A stretch of 64,000 bases of DNA from a virus (taxonomy: Duplodnaviria > Heunggongvirae > Uroviricota > Caudoviricetes), in the IMG/VR virus record IMGVR_UViG_2920292642_000002, positions 19,431-83,430 of that record, one strand, 5' to 3'. The position numbers and the translations under genes were made by a program. Each line of letters opens with the position of its first letter. The stretch's first letter is position 1. The notes under the pieces were generated by a model. It saw only the letters and a list, made by a program, of their open reading frames with translations, had not been told where the DNA came from and made no database searches. This document shows positions 63,769-64,000 of the stretch, in pieces.

Positions 63769-63871
63769 AACCTCTTGTTAACCATGTCCAGTATTGGTTT
63801 ACAAAAGGACTTGTGCCAAATCATGCGCCATGCAATAACACTCTTGTCAACGCAACTGAGGAGTTCAAGAC

Positions 63872-64000
63872 ATGGCCAGCCAAGTTTTCACCGTCACCGC
63901 AGAGTCCGAGGACTATCGCCCCTATCGCCTGACCTTCGTTCGTAGCAACTTCGGCGCTTTCCCCAAACTAACCAAAGTAGAGCGTCAGCAGGACAATGGC
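63872..64000 (+). CDS. cassette protein, 3'-partial at window end (MASQVFTVTAESEDYRPYRLTF...)
   Basis: leader GTCAACGCAACTGAGGAG then ATG. Confidence 0.4.
   Translation, partial: MASQVFTVTAESEDYRPYRLTFVRSNFGAFPKLTKVERQQDNG

Noticed and set aside
63336-63824. ORFs 63336..63770 (+), 63384..63824 (-), 63493..63763 (-)
   Set aside because: Generated by the 38-bp tandem repeat (periodic Arg/Pro/Ala translation); not genes.

Overview
This 64 kb window is phage-like DNA of roughly 60% GC, either a large phage genome or a prophage. The organization is modular, and all readings below are by eye from the sequence and the supplied ORF track.

- 1..8.1 kb, minus strand: a replication module. It holds an ASCH-like gene, an HNH endonuclease, a family-A DNA polymerase with 3'-5' exonuclease domain, an N6-adenine DNA methyltransferase, an HD hydrolase, and an SNF2 helicase interrupted by an intein.
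- 8.1..12.6 kb, plus strand: a small tyrosine recombinase and a 1249-aa primase-polymerase-like replication protein with a zinc-ribbon motif.
- 13..24 kb: an accessory/auxiliary-metabolic block with RtcB RNA ligase, small ORFs and a NUDIX gene; a NadV+NatV NAD+ salvage pair; an HD small-alarmone-hydrolase-like gene; glutaredoxin; and a plus-strand tRNA-Cys.
- 25..31.5 kb: an array of about 30 tRNA or tRNA-like genes, all on the minus strand. Several have non-canonical stems or loops, and three have long-variable-arm scaffolds with Lys or Asn-type anticodons. A Flp/Tad-type pilin gene sits inside the array.
- 31.5..33.5 kb, minus strand: an SPFH/band-7 membrane-protein operon.
- 33.6..42.4 kb, plus strand: about 30 small early-type genes, many joined by a conserved intercistronic motif GGTTGAGTGCAG-ATG.
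- 44.5..49.4 kb: structural/packaging genes, including small and large terminase subunits. The large terminase contains a full-size LAGLIDADG intein.
- 49.4..64 kb: a tandem array of about 28 self-contained cassettes. Each has a GTTAACC-N10-GGTTAAC palindrome, a sigma70-like promoter (GTCCAGAWT...TTTACA-N17-TATGRT), a conserved leader GTCAACGCAACGGAG, one small ORF (0-1 extra micro-ORF), and a hairpin terminator that often overlaps the ...AA-stop codons. This array is the most unusual structure in the window.

All coordinates and folds are manual and need tRNAscan-SE, ARAGORN, HMM and BLAST confirmation.
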